Shown here: positions 27,717 to 35,624 of the stretch, in pieces | Layout of the letters: every line of letters starts with the position of its first letter | Position numbering within the stretch: the stretch's first letter is position 1 | Assembly: GCA_015064345.1 (NCBI GenBank) | Contig: SVSK01000006.1 | Span: forward strand, 1 to 56,574 | Origin: Oscillospiraceae bacterium | Lineage (GTDB): Bacteria > Bacillota > Clostridia > Oscillospirales > CAG-272 | Direction of reading: 5' to 3' | DNA length: 56,574 nt | Program-made: the position numbers and the translations under genes | Notes under the pieces: model-generated | Databases searched by the model: none | What the model was told of the DNA's origin: nothing | What the model saw: the letters and a program-made list of their open reading frames with translations, nothing else

Positions 27717-28904
27717 TCACAGGCAAATGGGAGCGTCGATGGTTGCGGCAATAATGTCCGATGCCTCATCGATAAGCTCTCTCGTATGTGTTGCCATGCA
27801 GGTTGCGCGGAGCAGGCACTCTCCCTCTGGACAAGCGGGTGTGATAACGGGGTTAAGATACACTCCTGCCTCGTAGATCATACGGGCACGGATAAAGGTG
27901 TTTTCTTCGGAATATGTGTAGATGGGAACAATGGGGGTGTCCGCATCAATGATCTTCACGTTGCGGTCATGCAGGCATTTTCTGAAGTATGCACTGATGT
28001 CGGAGAGGTTCTTCACGATCTCGGGATGCTTCTTCAGGTGGCGAAGTGCTGCCAATGCAGTAGCCGCTGAGGCAGGTGTGATGGATGCTGAGAAGATAAA
28101 CGGTCTGGAGACGTGCTTAACATATTCCACAACCTCACGGGATGCTGCCATATAGCCGCCGAGGGATGCAAGGGATTTTGAGAATGTTCCCATATAAATG
28201 TCAACCTGATCCTCAAGGCCGAAGTGACTTGCCGTGCCGCGTCCGCCGTCTCCTATAACGCCGAGAGCGTGTGCGTCGTCAACCATGACCCTCGCGCCGT
28301 ATTTTTTCGCAAGAGCGCATATCTCGGGAAGCTTTGCGATGTCGCCGCCCATGGAGAATACGCCGTCGGTTACGATAAGACATCCTCTTGTGTCGGGCAC
28401 CTTTTGAAGCATGCGTTCAAGATCCTCCATGTCGGAGTGCTTGTACATCAGCAGCTTACCGAATCCCAGGCGGCAGCCGTCGTAAATGGATGCGTGGTTC
28501 TCTCTGTCGCAGATAACGTAATCGTGGATGCCCACAAGCGCGCTGATGATACCGAGGTTGGACTGAAATCCCGTGGAGAAGGTCATTACCGCTTCCTTGC
28601 GGAGAAATTCTGCCAGCTCTGCCTCAAGCTCAAGATGCATCTGAAGTGTACCGTTAAGGAAACGCGAGCCCGAACAGCCTGTGCCGTACTGCTCGATGGC
28701 CTTGATTCCCGCTTCCATGATCTCGGGATTGGTGGTAAGGCCAAGATAATTGTTTGAGCCGAGCATAATGCGGCGCTTGCCTTCCATTATTACCTCAACA
28801 TCCTGTCTGGTCTCAAGGGCGTGAAAGTACGGATATATTCCCTTTTCCTTTGCTTCGTCAACACGTGAACGCTTTGTGCACTTCTCAAAAATGTCTCTCG
28901 CCAT
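27717..28904 (-). CDS. spt: PLP-dependent alpha-oxoamine synthase, serine palmitoyltransferase-like
   Basis: GIYPYF, GSNNYLGLT, YGTGCSGSRFLNGT, STGFQSNLG, NHAS, DGVFSM, VDDAH, MGTFSKS (PLP Lys), FIFSAS. From memory this resembles Bacteroidetes SPT more than BioF or Kbl. Family is certain; substrate is inferred. Confidence 0.75.
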   Translation of the reverse strand: MARDIFEKCTKRSRVDEAKEKGIYPYFHALETRQDVEVIMEGKRRIMLGSNNYLGLTTNPEIMEAGIKAIEQYGTGCSGSRFLNGTLQMHLELEAELAEFLRKEAVMTFSTGFQSNLGIISALVGIHDYVICDRENHASIYDGCRLGFGKLLMYKHSDMEDLERMLQKVPDTRGCLIVTDGVFSMGGDIAKLPEICALAKKYGARVMVDDAHALGVIGDGGRGTASHFGLEDQVDIYMGTFSKSLASLGGYMAASREVVEYVKHVSRPFIFSASITPASAATALAALRHLKKHPEIVKNLSDISAYFRKCLHDRNVKIIDADTPIVPIYTYSEENTFIRARMIYEAGVYLNPVITPACPEGECLLRATCMATHTRELIDEASDIIAATIDAPICL

Positions 28905-28953
28905 AATATGTCTCCTGACTGATTATTATTGATTTGTCAACCATTTCAAGTCC

Positions 28954-28982
28954 ATTTTACTCAAATACCCAACTAAAGTCAA
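28954..28982 (-). promoter_or_regulatory. sigmaA-type promoter of the spt-SDR operon
   Basis: TTGACT-17 nt-TAAAAT, about 50 nt upstream of the ATG, which has an AGGAG RBS. Confidence 0.6.
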
Positions 28983-29046
28983 TATATTTCGGGAAATTAA
29001 TTCAAATATTTTAACTAATCGACACGCCGAGATCCTTTTCCGGCAC

Positions 29047-29076
29047 AAAAAAGCCCTACTGTAAAGTAAGGCTTTT
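29047..29076 (-). repeat. Repeat family B hairpin/terminator, copy 5
   Basis: AAAAAAGCCCTAC-TGTAAA-GTAAGGCTTTT, 3 nt after the YwaF-like stop. Confidence 0.8.
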
Positions 29077-29079
29077 GGT

Positions 29080-29784
29080 TTACTTGTTTTTTCTTTCTGC
29101 AATAATAAACGGCAAATGGAACAGTGATATTATCGCCACACCGAGAGCCACGAGACGCAGGAAATAGGCGTACCAGCCTGCGTTCAAATTCAGATACGGC
29201 AGGTTTTCCATGGGTGGGCGCACGAGATACATGAAATTGGTATCGTAGACCGAGAGCACGCTGTTGACGTAGATCATTGCCAGTACAAGTGCAAGAAGAA
29301 TTACGAGATTTCTGCCGTAGGTCCTAAGCCCCGGGTTTGCCTTTTTCGTTGCGATGAGGTACAGGGCAAACCACATGAGTCCCGCGTGGTAAACAAAGCA
29401 TTGGTACGGGCCGAGCTTTGCAAAATCCGTTCCGTTTGTGGGAATGAGCAGAGCGCAAAGGCTTCCGAGCACTCCCGCAACCGCGAGAAAATCGATAACG
29501 GTCTGTTTCAAGCGTCCTTCTTTACCAAAGGTGACAAACAGCACGGTGAACAATAGGAGACTGCACAGATGAAACGGCAATGATCCCGGGTCAAGGTGCA
29601 TACCGCCGTCATCGCTCTCCGTCATGTCGCCCATTATCTTGCTGATCTCACTGAACGCGCAGATAACTGTCATTATGTACCCCGAGGTCTTCAGTGAGAG
29701 CTTTCTCTTAATGCTGAATATCAGCATGCAGGTGACAAACGCGGCTGACAACCCGAGCCAGATAAAGTGATCCGATGTAAACAT
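29080..29784 (-). CDS. YwaF/TIGR02206 (TMEM164-like) integral membrane protein
   Basis: MF..H, LPFHLCS, FVYHAGL, N....TNFMYL..PP motifs; 6-7 TMs. Confidence 0.8.
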   Translation of the reverse strand: MFTSDHFIWLGLSAAFVTCMLIFSIKRKLSLKTSGYIMTVICAFSEISKIMGDMTESDDGGMHLDPGSLPFHLCSLLLFTVLFVTFGKEGRLKQTVIDFLAVAGVLGSLCALLIPTNGTDFAKLGPYQCFVYHAGLMWFALYLIATKKANPGLRTYGRNLVILLALVLAMIYVNSVLSVYDTNFMYLVRPPMENLPYLNLNAGWYAYFLRLVALGVAIISLFHLPFIIAERKNK

Positions 29785-29796
29785 CTCTCGTCTCCT

Positions 29797-31164
29797 TTAT
29801 TTTCCGGCAATGTTTCTTGCAACATAAACGCCGCTGGCTGACGCATGGGACAGGGAGTGAGTGATACCGCTGCCATCCCCAATGATGTACAGTCCGGGAT
29901 AACGTGATTCGAGACGGTCGTTAACCTCTACCTCCATGTTGTAGAACTTGACTTCGACACCGTAGAGGAGAGTGTCTTCGTTGGCTGTACCGGGTGCAAT
30001 CTTGTCAAGGGCGTAGATCATCTCGATAATTCCGTCGAGAATACGCTTAGGAAGCACGAGGCTGAGGTCGCCGGGTGTTGCCTGCAGAGTGGGAGTGATA
30101 TACGCCTCGTCAATGCGGCTCTGTGTGGAACGACGTCCGCGGATAAGGTCACCGAATCTCTGCACGATAACACCGCCGCCGAGCAAATTGCTGAGACGGG
30201 CAATAGACTCACCGTAGCCGTTTGAATCCTTGAAGGGCTCGGAGAAATGCTTTGCCACAAGGAGAGCGAAGTTGGTGTTCTCCGTCTGCTTTGCGGGATC
30301 CTCGTAGCTGTGTCCGTTTACTGTAATAATACCGTTGGTATTTTCGTTTACTACCGCTCCCTTGGGGTTCATACAGAATGTGCGGACACGGTCTCCGTAT
30401 GTTTCTGTGCGGTACACTATCTTACTTTCGTAAAGCTCGTCCGTCAGGTGGGAGAACACTTCCATGGGCAGCTCCACTCTTACACCGATATCCACTCTGT
30501 TGGACTGGGTGGGAATGTCAAGCTCGTTGCAGACTTTCTCCATCCACTTGCTTCCGATACGACCTACGGAAATAATGCAGTTTTCGCAGGTGTAAGTCTC
30601 GTCCGCTGTGCTGATCTCGTAACCGCCATCCTTTGCGGCAACCGATTCCACGGGAGTATCAAAGAAAAACTCCACCTTATCGTTGAGGTAAGCGTAAAGA
30701 TTCTCCAGTACAACGTAGTTGATGTCTGTACCCAGGTGGCGCACGGAAGCATCAAGCAGGTGCAAGTCATTCTGAATACATTCTTTCTTGAAACGTGAGC
30801 CTGCGGTGGTGTAAAGACGAGTTCCCTCTCCACCGTACTTCATGTTGATCAGGTCAACGTAGTGCATCAGCTCCAGCGCCTTTTTCTTGCCGATATATTC
30901 GTGAAGCGTGCCGCCGAAATCGTTGGTTATGTTGTATTTTCCGTCGGAGAATGCGCCTGCCCCTCCGAATCCGCTCATGATGGAACAGCTCTTGCACTTG
31001 ATACAAGTCTTAATTTTGTCTCCGTCAATGGGGCAATGGCGGCGGTTCAGTGCGTGACCTGCTTCGAATACGGCAATCTTCATCTCCGGTCTCTGCTGAA
31101 TAAGCTCATAAGCAGAAAAGATACCACCGGGGCCTGCGCCGATAATTATAACATCGTATTTCAT
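29797..31164 (-). CDS. NAD(P)/FAD-dependent oxidoreductase (uncharacterised dehydrogenase family)
   Basis: IIGAGPGG, Cys cluster CPI..CIKCKSC, GFGGAGAFSDGK, RTFCMNP, VNGHS, IGDGSG. Confidence 0.9.
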   Translation of the reverse strand: MKYDVIIIGAGPGGIFSAYELIQQRPEMKIAVFEAGHALNRRHCPIDGDKIKTCIKCKSCSIMSGFGGAGAFSDGKYNITNDFGGTLHEYIGKKKALELMHYVDLINMKYGGEGTRLYTTAGSRFKKECIQNDLHLLDASVRHLGTDINYVVLENLYAYLNDKVEFFFDTPVESVAAKDGGYEISTADETYTCENCIISVGRIGSKWMEKVCNELDIPTQSNRVDIGVRVELPMEVFSHLTDELYESKIVYRTETYGDRVRTFCMNPKGAVVNENTNGIITVNGHSYEDPAKQTENTNFALLVAKHFSEPFKDSNGYGESIARLSNLLGGGVIVQRFGDLIRGRRSTQSRIDEAYITPTLQATPGDLSLVLPKRILDGIIEMIYALDKIAPGTANEDTLLYGVEVKFYNMEVEVNDRLESRYPGLYIIGDGSGITHSLSHASASGVYVARNIAGK

Positions 31165-31206
31165 TTATCTACTCCTTAACGGTTGTTGTTTTTTTGTCCA
31201 CATATT

Positions 31207-31235
31207 ATTATATATCATCGCGGCATTATTGTCAA
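31207..31235 (-). promoter_or_regulatory. Consensus sigmaA promoter
   Basis: TTGACA-17 nt-TATAAT. Confidence 0.75.
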
Positions 31236-31251
31236 CACAGCTTCAAAATGT

Positions 31252-31285
31252 AAAAGATCCCTCACAAAAGCGAGAGACCTTTTTT
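31252..31285 (-). terminator. Intrinsic terminator after GltS-like gene
   Basis: Minus strand GGTCTCTCGC-TTTT-GTGAGGGATC-TTTT. Confidence 0.65.
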
Positions 31286-31287
31286 GT

Positions 31288-32685
31288 TTATTTGTTTTTA
31301 TTTTTGGTTTTTCTCTTTTTGAAGATGAAGCTTCTGAAGAGAATAATGTTCATTACCGCAAAGAACACCACAAAGATGATGAATGTTAAGATCGGCTTTG
31401 TGGGAGCAAGAGTTGCAAGGAACATCATGGGGAAGCCGAATACGATTGCGGGGAAGTTCTGGTAAACCAGGTTATCCGATGCGGGGGTCTTGAATTCGCC
31501 GTCCACCTCGCGAAGCAGGATGATACCTGTACTTGCAGTACCTGTGAGCATACCGAACATTGCAAGGAACTGCTCCTCGGCATAATCCTTGAAAAGTGTA
31601 GCCGCCACGATTCGGTTGTAGATGTATGTCACGATAAGTCCCGCAACACCGAGGATGAGGATAATGCCCCAGTAGTTCTCGAGGATGTCAAGACGGATTG
31701 CCGCGATACCTGCAACGACCATGATATCGAAGAAGAAGTTGCACGCGCGGGTCATAAGGAAGTTGTTGGTGTACTTTTTCTTGATGATGTTCTTCTTTCT
31801 GAGGAAGTTCATCACTACCTTGATAACTGTAGCGGAAAGAACACCGAGGAGGAAGTTAAAGCCGTAAATAACGGACTTCATGCCGGGAAGAAGATTTCCG
31901 AGGAGCATCATAAGCAGGTACGCGCCGATGTACGCCACGATAATAAGGGCGATCTGAACGGTCATCTTGTCGATGCTTTCCTGCATTGGAATCTCACCTT
32001 CAGAGTCAACCTCTTCTGTGTAGGTGCTGCCGTCTGCTCTGGTGGATTTTTTGAGAGTGCCGCGCTTTTTGCAAATGTTAAGGTGAATTACGCCGCCGAT
32101 ACTTGCGGAAAGGAAGCCAAGGGCCGCGATTGTAGGTCCGAAGCTCTTACCGCCGTCAAAGCCGAATTCCGTTTCGTAAATTGTGCCGTAGTTCAGTGCC
32201 TGACCGGTGCCCTGTCCGTAACCGAAAGGAAGAAGTACACCTGCCGCAGAGAAGAAATCTTTAAGAACCAATGCCGCGATCATTGTGATTCCGAATCCGA
32301 AGATCGCCTGAAGCAGGTAGGTTGAAACTGTTGTAACACCTGTGTTGAAGATCTCCGCGGTACGCTGCTTTGTGAGCTTGCCACCTGTTGTCTTGAACGC
32401 AGAGGCGATAAATCCAAGTGCCAGAGTGTGGTATGTAATGATTTCGAGAGTTGCCATGCCCTTGCCGCCGAATGCCGCGGTATTGAACATAACATCTCCC
32501 GTTATTGCTTTATATACAGCCGCCACGCCTACAAGCAGAAGACCTGCAAGTACGGATGTGGGTATGAGTGAGTTTCTGAGGAGGGGGATACTCTTCTTGA
32601 TTACGTTCGCGACGAGAAGGCTGCCGAGAAGTACACCGAAAAGGAATATCCATCCCCAAACACTAAAGTCCCAAAAATTTGCCAT
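31288..32685 (-). CDS. Sodium/glutamate symporter (GltS/ESS)-like membrane protein
   Basis: IPTSVLAG, GYGQGTGQA re-entrant loop, FGMLTGTASTG; about 12 hydrophobic segments. Confidence 0.8.
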   Translation of the reverse strand: MANFWDFSVWGWIFLFGVLLGSLLVANVIKKSIPLLRNSLIPTSVLAGLLLVGVAAVYKAITGDVMFNTAAFGGKGMATLEIITYHTLALGFIASAFKTTGGKLTKQRTAEIFNTGVTTVSTYLLQAIFGFGITMIAALVLKDFFSAAGVLLPFGYGQGTGQALNYGTIYETEFGFDGGKSFGPTIAALGFLSASIGGVIHLNICKKRGTLKKSTRADGSTYTEEVDSEGEIPMQESIDKMTVQIALIIVAYIGAYLLMMLLGNLLPGMKSVIYGFNFLLGVLSATVIKVVMNFLRKKNIIKKKYTNNFLMTRACNFFFDIMVVAGIAAIRLDILENYWGIILILGVAGLIVTYIYNRIVAATLFKDYAEEQFLAMFGMLTGTASTGIILLREVDGEFKTPASDNLVYQNFPAIVFGFPMMFLATLAPTKPILTFIIFVVFFAVMNIILFRSFIFKKRKTKNKNK

Positions 32686-33880
32686 TTTCGTCTCCTTTTT
32701 TAATGTTCTTGTATCTGTAGTACATATGTACGTATTTCAGCGCATTGAAACGCTTGCCGCTCTTTATCTGATACAGATGCTCGCCAAAGTAAATGTTCAG
32801 CTTGTTCTTGCCCAGCACAACCACTGCCGACGTTGTGTCAAAGTCAAGATTCATTTCCACTTCCCCACCGGAGATTACGATGCGGTCACCGTAAAGCGAA
32901 ATCTTTGCGTTTTCCGCAATCAGGCGCTTTTCCTTGTAAACGATAACCTCGGAGAAGTTTCCGCTCTCTTCGTAAAGAGGAAAGTCAGTGTGCGCTGTAG
33001 GGTCAAAGCTATTCATGAAGTCGGACTGATAATCGTACCAGTCGTTCACAAAGCCAAAGGGGAAGTCTCCCTCAAGGGGAACAAGCTCCTTCTTCTCAGT
33101 ATATCTGGCGCTGAGTCCGCATTTTTTACAGCTGATCGTGTCGCCGTTGCTCTCAAACTCGGAAAGACCGCATCTCGGGCAAACATAAACGGCTCTCTCA
33201 AGGTATTCAGCCAGTTTTTTGTGCTTGAATTCACCGTCAGCCACAGCTTCGTTTACATAAAGTCCCTTCTCGATACGGGAGAACAGCTCTTCGTCTGTCA
33301 TTTCGCGGTATTCTTCAGGCTCGATTACCTCGGAGACGTATCCCGTCATCTTACCGTGTCTGACAACGTCACTCCAGCGAGGGTGAACACCGTAGCCGCC
33401 CTCAAGTCGGTACAGCGCGATGGGAAGACCAAGCTTTTTTGCAAGAGACACGATAGATGCACTCATGTACTCCGTCTTGCCGCTGTAAGTGCGGTTGCCC
33501 TCGGGTGCGATGACGATAGTGCCACCTTCCTTTGCCACCTTGATGCAGTTAAGCACGGCGCGCACGTCGGTCGTCTGCTTCTTTATGGGTATGGGAGCTA
33601 TAAGGTATTTTATGAGGGTAGAAACCCAGCCTTTCGAGAACAGATCTTCGCTTGCAACGTAGTACATAGGACCTCTGAACGCAAGGCCAACAAAGAACTG
33701 GTCAAATGCAGTCTGATGATTGAGCAGAACAAGGAACTGTCGCTTTCCCTGCTCGCGGAACTTTTTCACCTTGATCCCGTACTTGATTCTCGAATAAGGG
33801 CCGAGAATAATGCGCAATATCTCCGTAACGATCCTGTGGCGGAATCTTATCCATTTTTTCTTTTTGTTGCTTTTAGCCAT
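32663..33880 (-). CDS. Lysophospholipid acyltransferase (PlsC-like) with C-terminal Zn-ribbon extension
   Basis: NHQTAFD (HX4D), PEGNRT, CPRC..CKKC; overlaps the GltS-like start. Confidence 0.85.
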   Translation of the reverse strand: MAKSNKKKKWIRFRHRIVTEILRIILGPYSRIKYGIKVKKFREQGKRQFLVLLNHQTAFDQFFVGLAFRGPMYYVASEDLFSKGWVSTLIKYLIAPIPIKKQTTDVRAVLNCIKVAKEGGTIVIAPEGNRTYSGKTEYMSASIVSLAKKLGLPIALYRLEGGYGVHPRWSDVVRHGKMTGYVSEVIEPEEYREMTDEELFSRIEKGLYVNEAVADGEFKHKKLAEYLERAVYVCPRCGLSEFESNGDTISCKKCGLSARYTEKKELVPLEGDFPFGFVNDWYDYQSDFMNSFDPTAHTDFPLYEESGNFSEVIVYKEKRLIAENAKISLYGDRIVISGGEVEMNLDFDTTSAVVVLGKNKLNIYFGEHLYQIKSGKRFNALKYVHMYYRYKNIKKGDENGKFLGL

Positions 33881-34159
33881 GGTAATACCTGCCAAACTTT
33901 GAGCTATATAAAAAACTGATTCAGTTTTTCGAACTATCTCTGCATATTATATCACAAATCGACCCAATATGCTATAGTTTTTTCGAAAAAAATGCATCTC
34001 CCCTGATATTTATTAGCCATATATTCTTGATACACATACATTATATTCCTACGCTCCGTCTCATATAATACAAAAAATTAACGGCTTGTTCATTAAATAT
34101 CATAGTGAAAAAGCTTTGACATAAGTTATAATTAATTTAGAGATTTTTCGTCGTTTTAC

Positions 34160-34184
34160 GGAACTTTTTGCTCCGTGGTACGTC
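34160..34184 (+). promoter_or_regulatory. Putative ECF sigma promoter
   Basis: GGAAC-16 nt-CGTC, about 40 nt upstream of the ATG. Confidence 0.55.
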
Positions 34185-34224
34185 ATATATTATATAAGCA
34201 AAATTCCACACGGGAGGTACTGAA

Positions 34225-35415
34225 ATGAAGAAGAATAACCGCACTCGCTTCGGAGCGTTTCTGACAGCGATTTTAATGCTATTCTCTGTCTCCGGTTGCC
34301 GTCCCGCAGATCCGAAGAATCCACCAAAAAGCGACGAAACAAAAGACAGCGGAAGCGTAGTTTTACCTTGGCAGAAAGATGAGACGGACAAGCCGGAAAC
34401 CGCATCCCCCATAATCGAGACAGACCCGCCCGAGGTTGAGACGCTTCCTCCCGAAACCGAGCCTGTAGTTGAAGCCAAGCCCCCTGTTCTCACGAGTGAA
34501 AGCGGCGAGTATTACGACTACGGCAACGGAATAATTCGCGTGGATAACATGGCGTTTGAGGAATACGGCTACGAAGAGCCTGCCGCGGTGAAATACTCAA
34601 GCTTCATAAACCGTGTGGCAGAAGAGCTGAGTGGTCGTACGTCCGTCTACTGCATGGCACTTCCTTCAGCAATCGGCGTGGTGCTTCCCGACGATATTCG
34701 AGAGATCTTCCCCCGATACACGGACCAGGGCGCGGCAATAGATAAGATTTATGCAAAAATGTCCGATGATGTGATAACGGTAGACTGCCACAGTAACCTG
34801 ATGCTGCACCGCGACGAATACCTGTACTTCAGAACAGACTTCCATTGGAACGGACCTGCCGCATATTACGCTTATGAGGCGTTCTGTGAGATGAAAGGTG
34901 TGAAGCCGTACACTCTCGATGAGCGAGAAAAGGTGGAATTTGACAATTTCCTCGGTGCACTCTACAGAAACAGCTGCGGAGAAGATCCCACCCTCGGTGA
35001 GACACCCGATACCGTAATCGCCTACAAGCCTTATTCCCGCACTGCCTCATTGGAGATCACCGACAGGCAGGGCAACACAATGCCGTGGAGCATTATCGCC
35101 GACGTTTCAAGCTGGAGCTCTGCAACTAAATACAGCACATTCGCAGGTGGTGACAGCCCCTTTGCGGTGTTCAAGAATCCCGAGGTCAAGGACGGCTCAG
35201 TGTGCGTCATCGTCAAGGAATCCTACGGAAATGCGCTTCTTCCCTATCTGGTTGACCACTACAGCACCATCTACGAGATCGACTACCGCTACTGGGAAGG
35301 CAATCTTTTGGATTTCGTCAAGGAAAAGCAGGCGGATGACTTGATATTTGCAAACAATATGTCAATGCTCCGCTCCGTTTATTTGATCGGCATACTTGAA
35401 GAAATAGTTAAGTAA
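34225..35415 (+). CDS. DHHW / AlgX-AlgJ-like SGNH lipoprotein (putative O-acetyltransferase component)
   Basis: Lipobox VSGC, P/E/T-rich linker, YLYFRTDFHWNG, KESYGNA, IDYRY; GGGAGG RBS. Confidence 0.85.
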   Translation: MKKNNRTRFGAFLTAILMLFSVSGCRPADPKNPPKSDETKDSGSVVLPWQKDETDKPETASPIIETDPPEVETLPPETEPVVEAKPPVLTSESGEYYDYGNGIIRVDNMAFEEYGYEEPAAVKYSSFINRVAEELSGRTSVYCMALPSAIGVVLPDDIREIFPRYTDQGAAIDKIYAKMSDDVITVDCHSNLMLHRDEYLYFRTDFHWNGPAAYYAYEAFCEMKGVKPYTLDEREKVEFDNFLGALYRNSCGEDPTLGETPDTVIAYKPYSRTASLEITDRQGNTMPWSIIADVSSWSSATKYSTFAGGDSPFAVFKNPEVKDGSVCVIVKESYGNALLPYLVDHYSTIYEIDYRYWEGNLLDFVKEKQADDLIFANNMSMLRSVYLIGILEEIVK

Positions 35416-35417
35416 AT

Positions 35418-35473
35418 AAAAAATCTCCCGAGTGCACTATGAACAATGTTCGTCATGTATTTCGGGAGTTTTG
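35418..35473 (+). terminator. Long-loop terminator-like hairpin
   Basis: CTCCCGA..TCGGGAG followed by TTTTG. Confidence 0.55.
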
Positions 35474-35498
35474 TTGTATTATCAATCTTTCGCTCCAC

Positions 35499-35574
35499 TT
35501 TGTCATTCTGAGCAAAGTCGAAGAATCTATTCACAGATCCTTCGATTACGCTTCGCTACACTCAGGATGACAAA
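35499..35574. repeat. REP/MITE-like palindromic element (CGTC/TGTC-type)
   Basis: TTTGTCATTCTGAG..CGAAGAATCT-spacer-AGATCCTTCG..CTCAGGATGACAAA; 14-bp terminal inverted repeats with one mismatch. Confidence 0.75.
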
Positions 35575-35624
35575 TTATTACTATTCGATAAACATCCGTG
35601 TATAACACAAGGAGTCATTCCGGC

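Noticed and set aside
27717-28904. Annotation as bioF or kbl
   Set aside because: No biotin or threonine dehydrogenase genes adjacent; SRFLNGT and YPYF motifs plus the coupled SDR fit SPT-like enzymes better. Not formally excluded without phylogeny.
9615-29076. Family-B repeats as a CRISPR array or classical integron attC sites
   Set aside because: Spacing is kilobases and irregular, no cas or intI gene is present, RYYYAAC/GTTRRRY ends are absent, and the enclosed genes have their own promoters and mixed orientation.
32342-33919. 525-aa plus-strand ORF
   Set aside because: Antisense to two well-supported genes; no recognisable domain; explained by codon bias.
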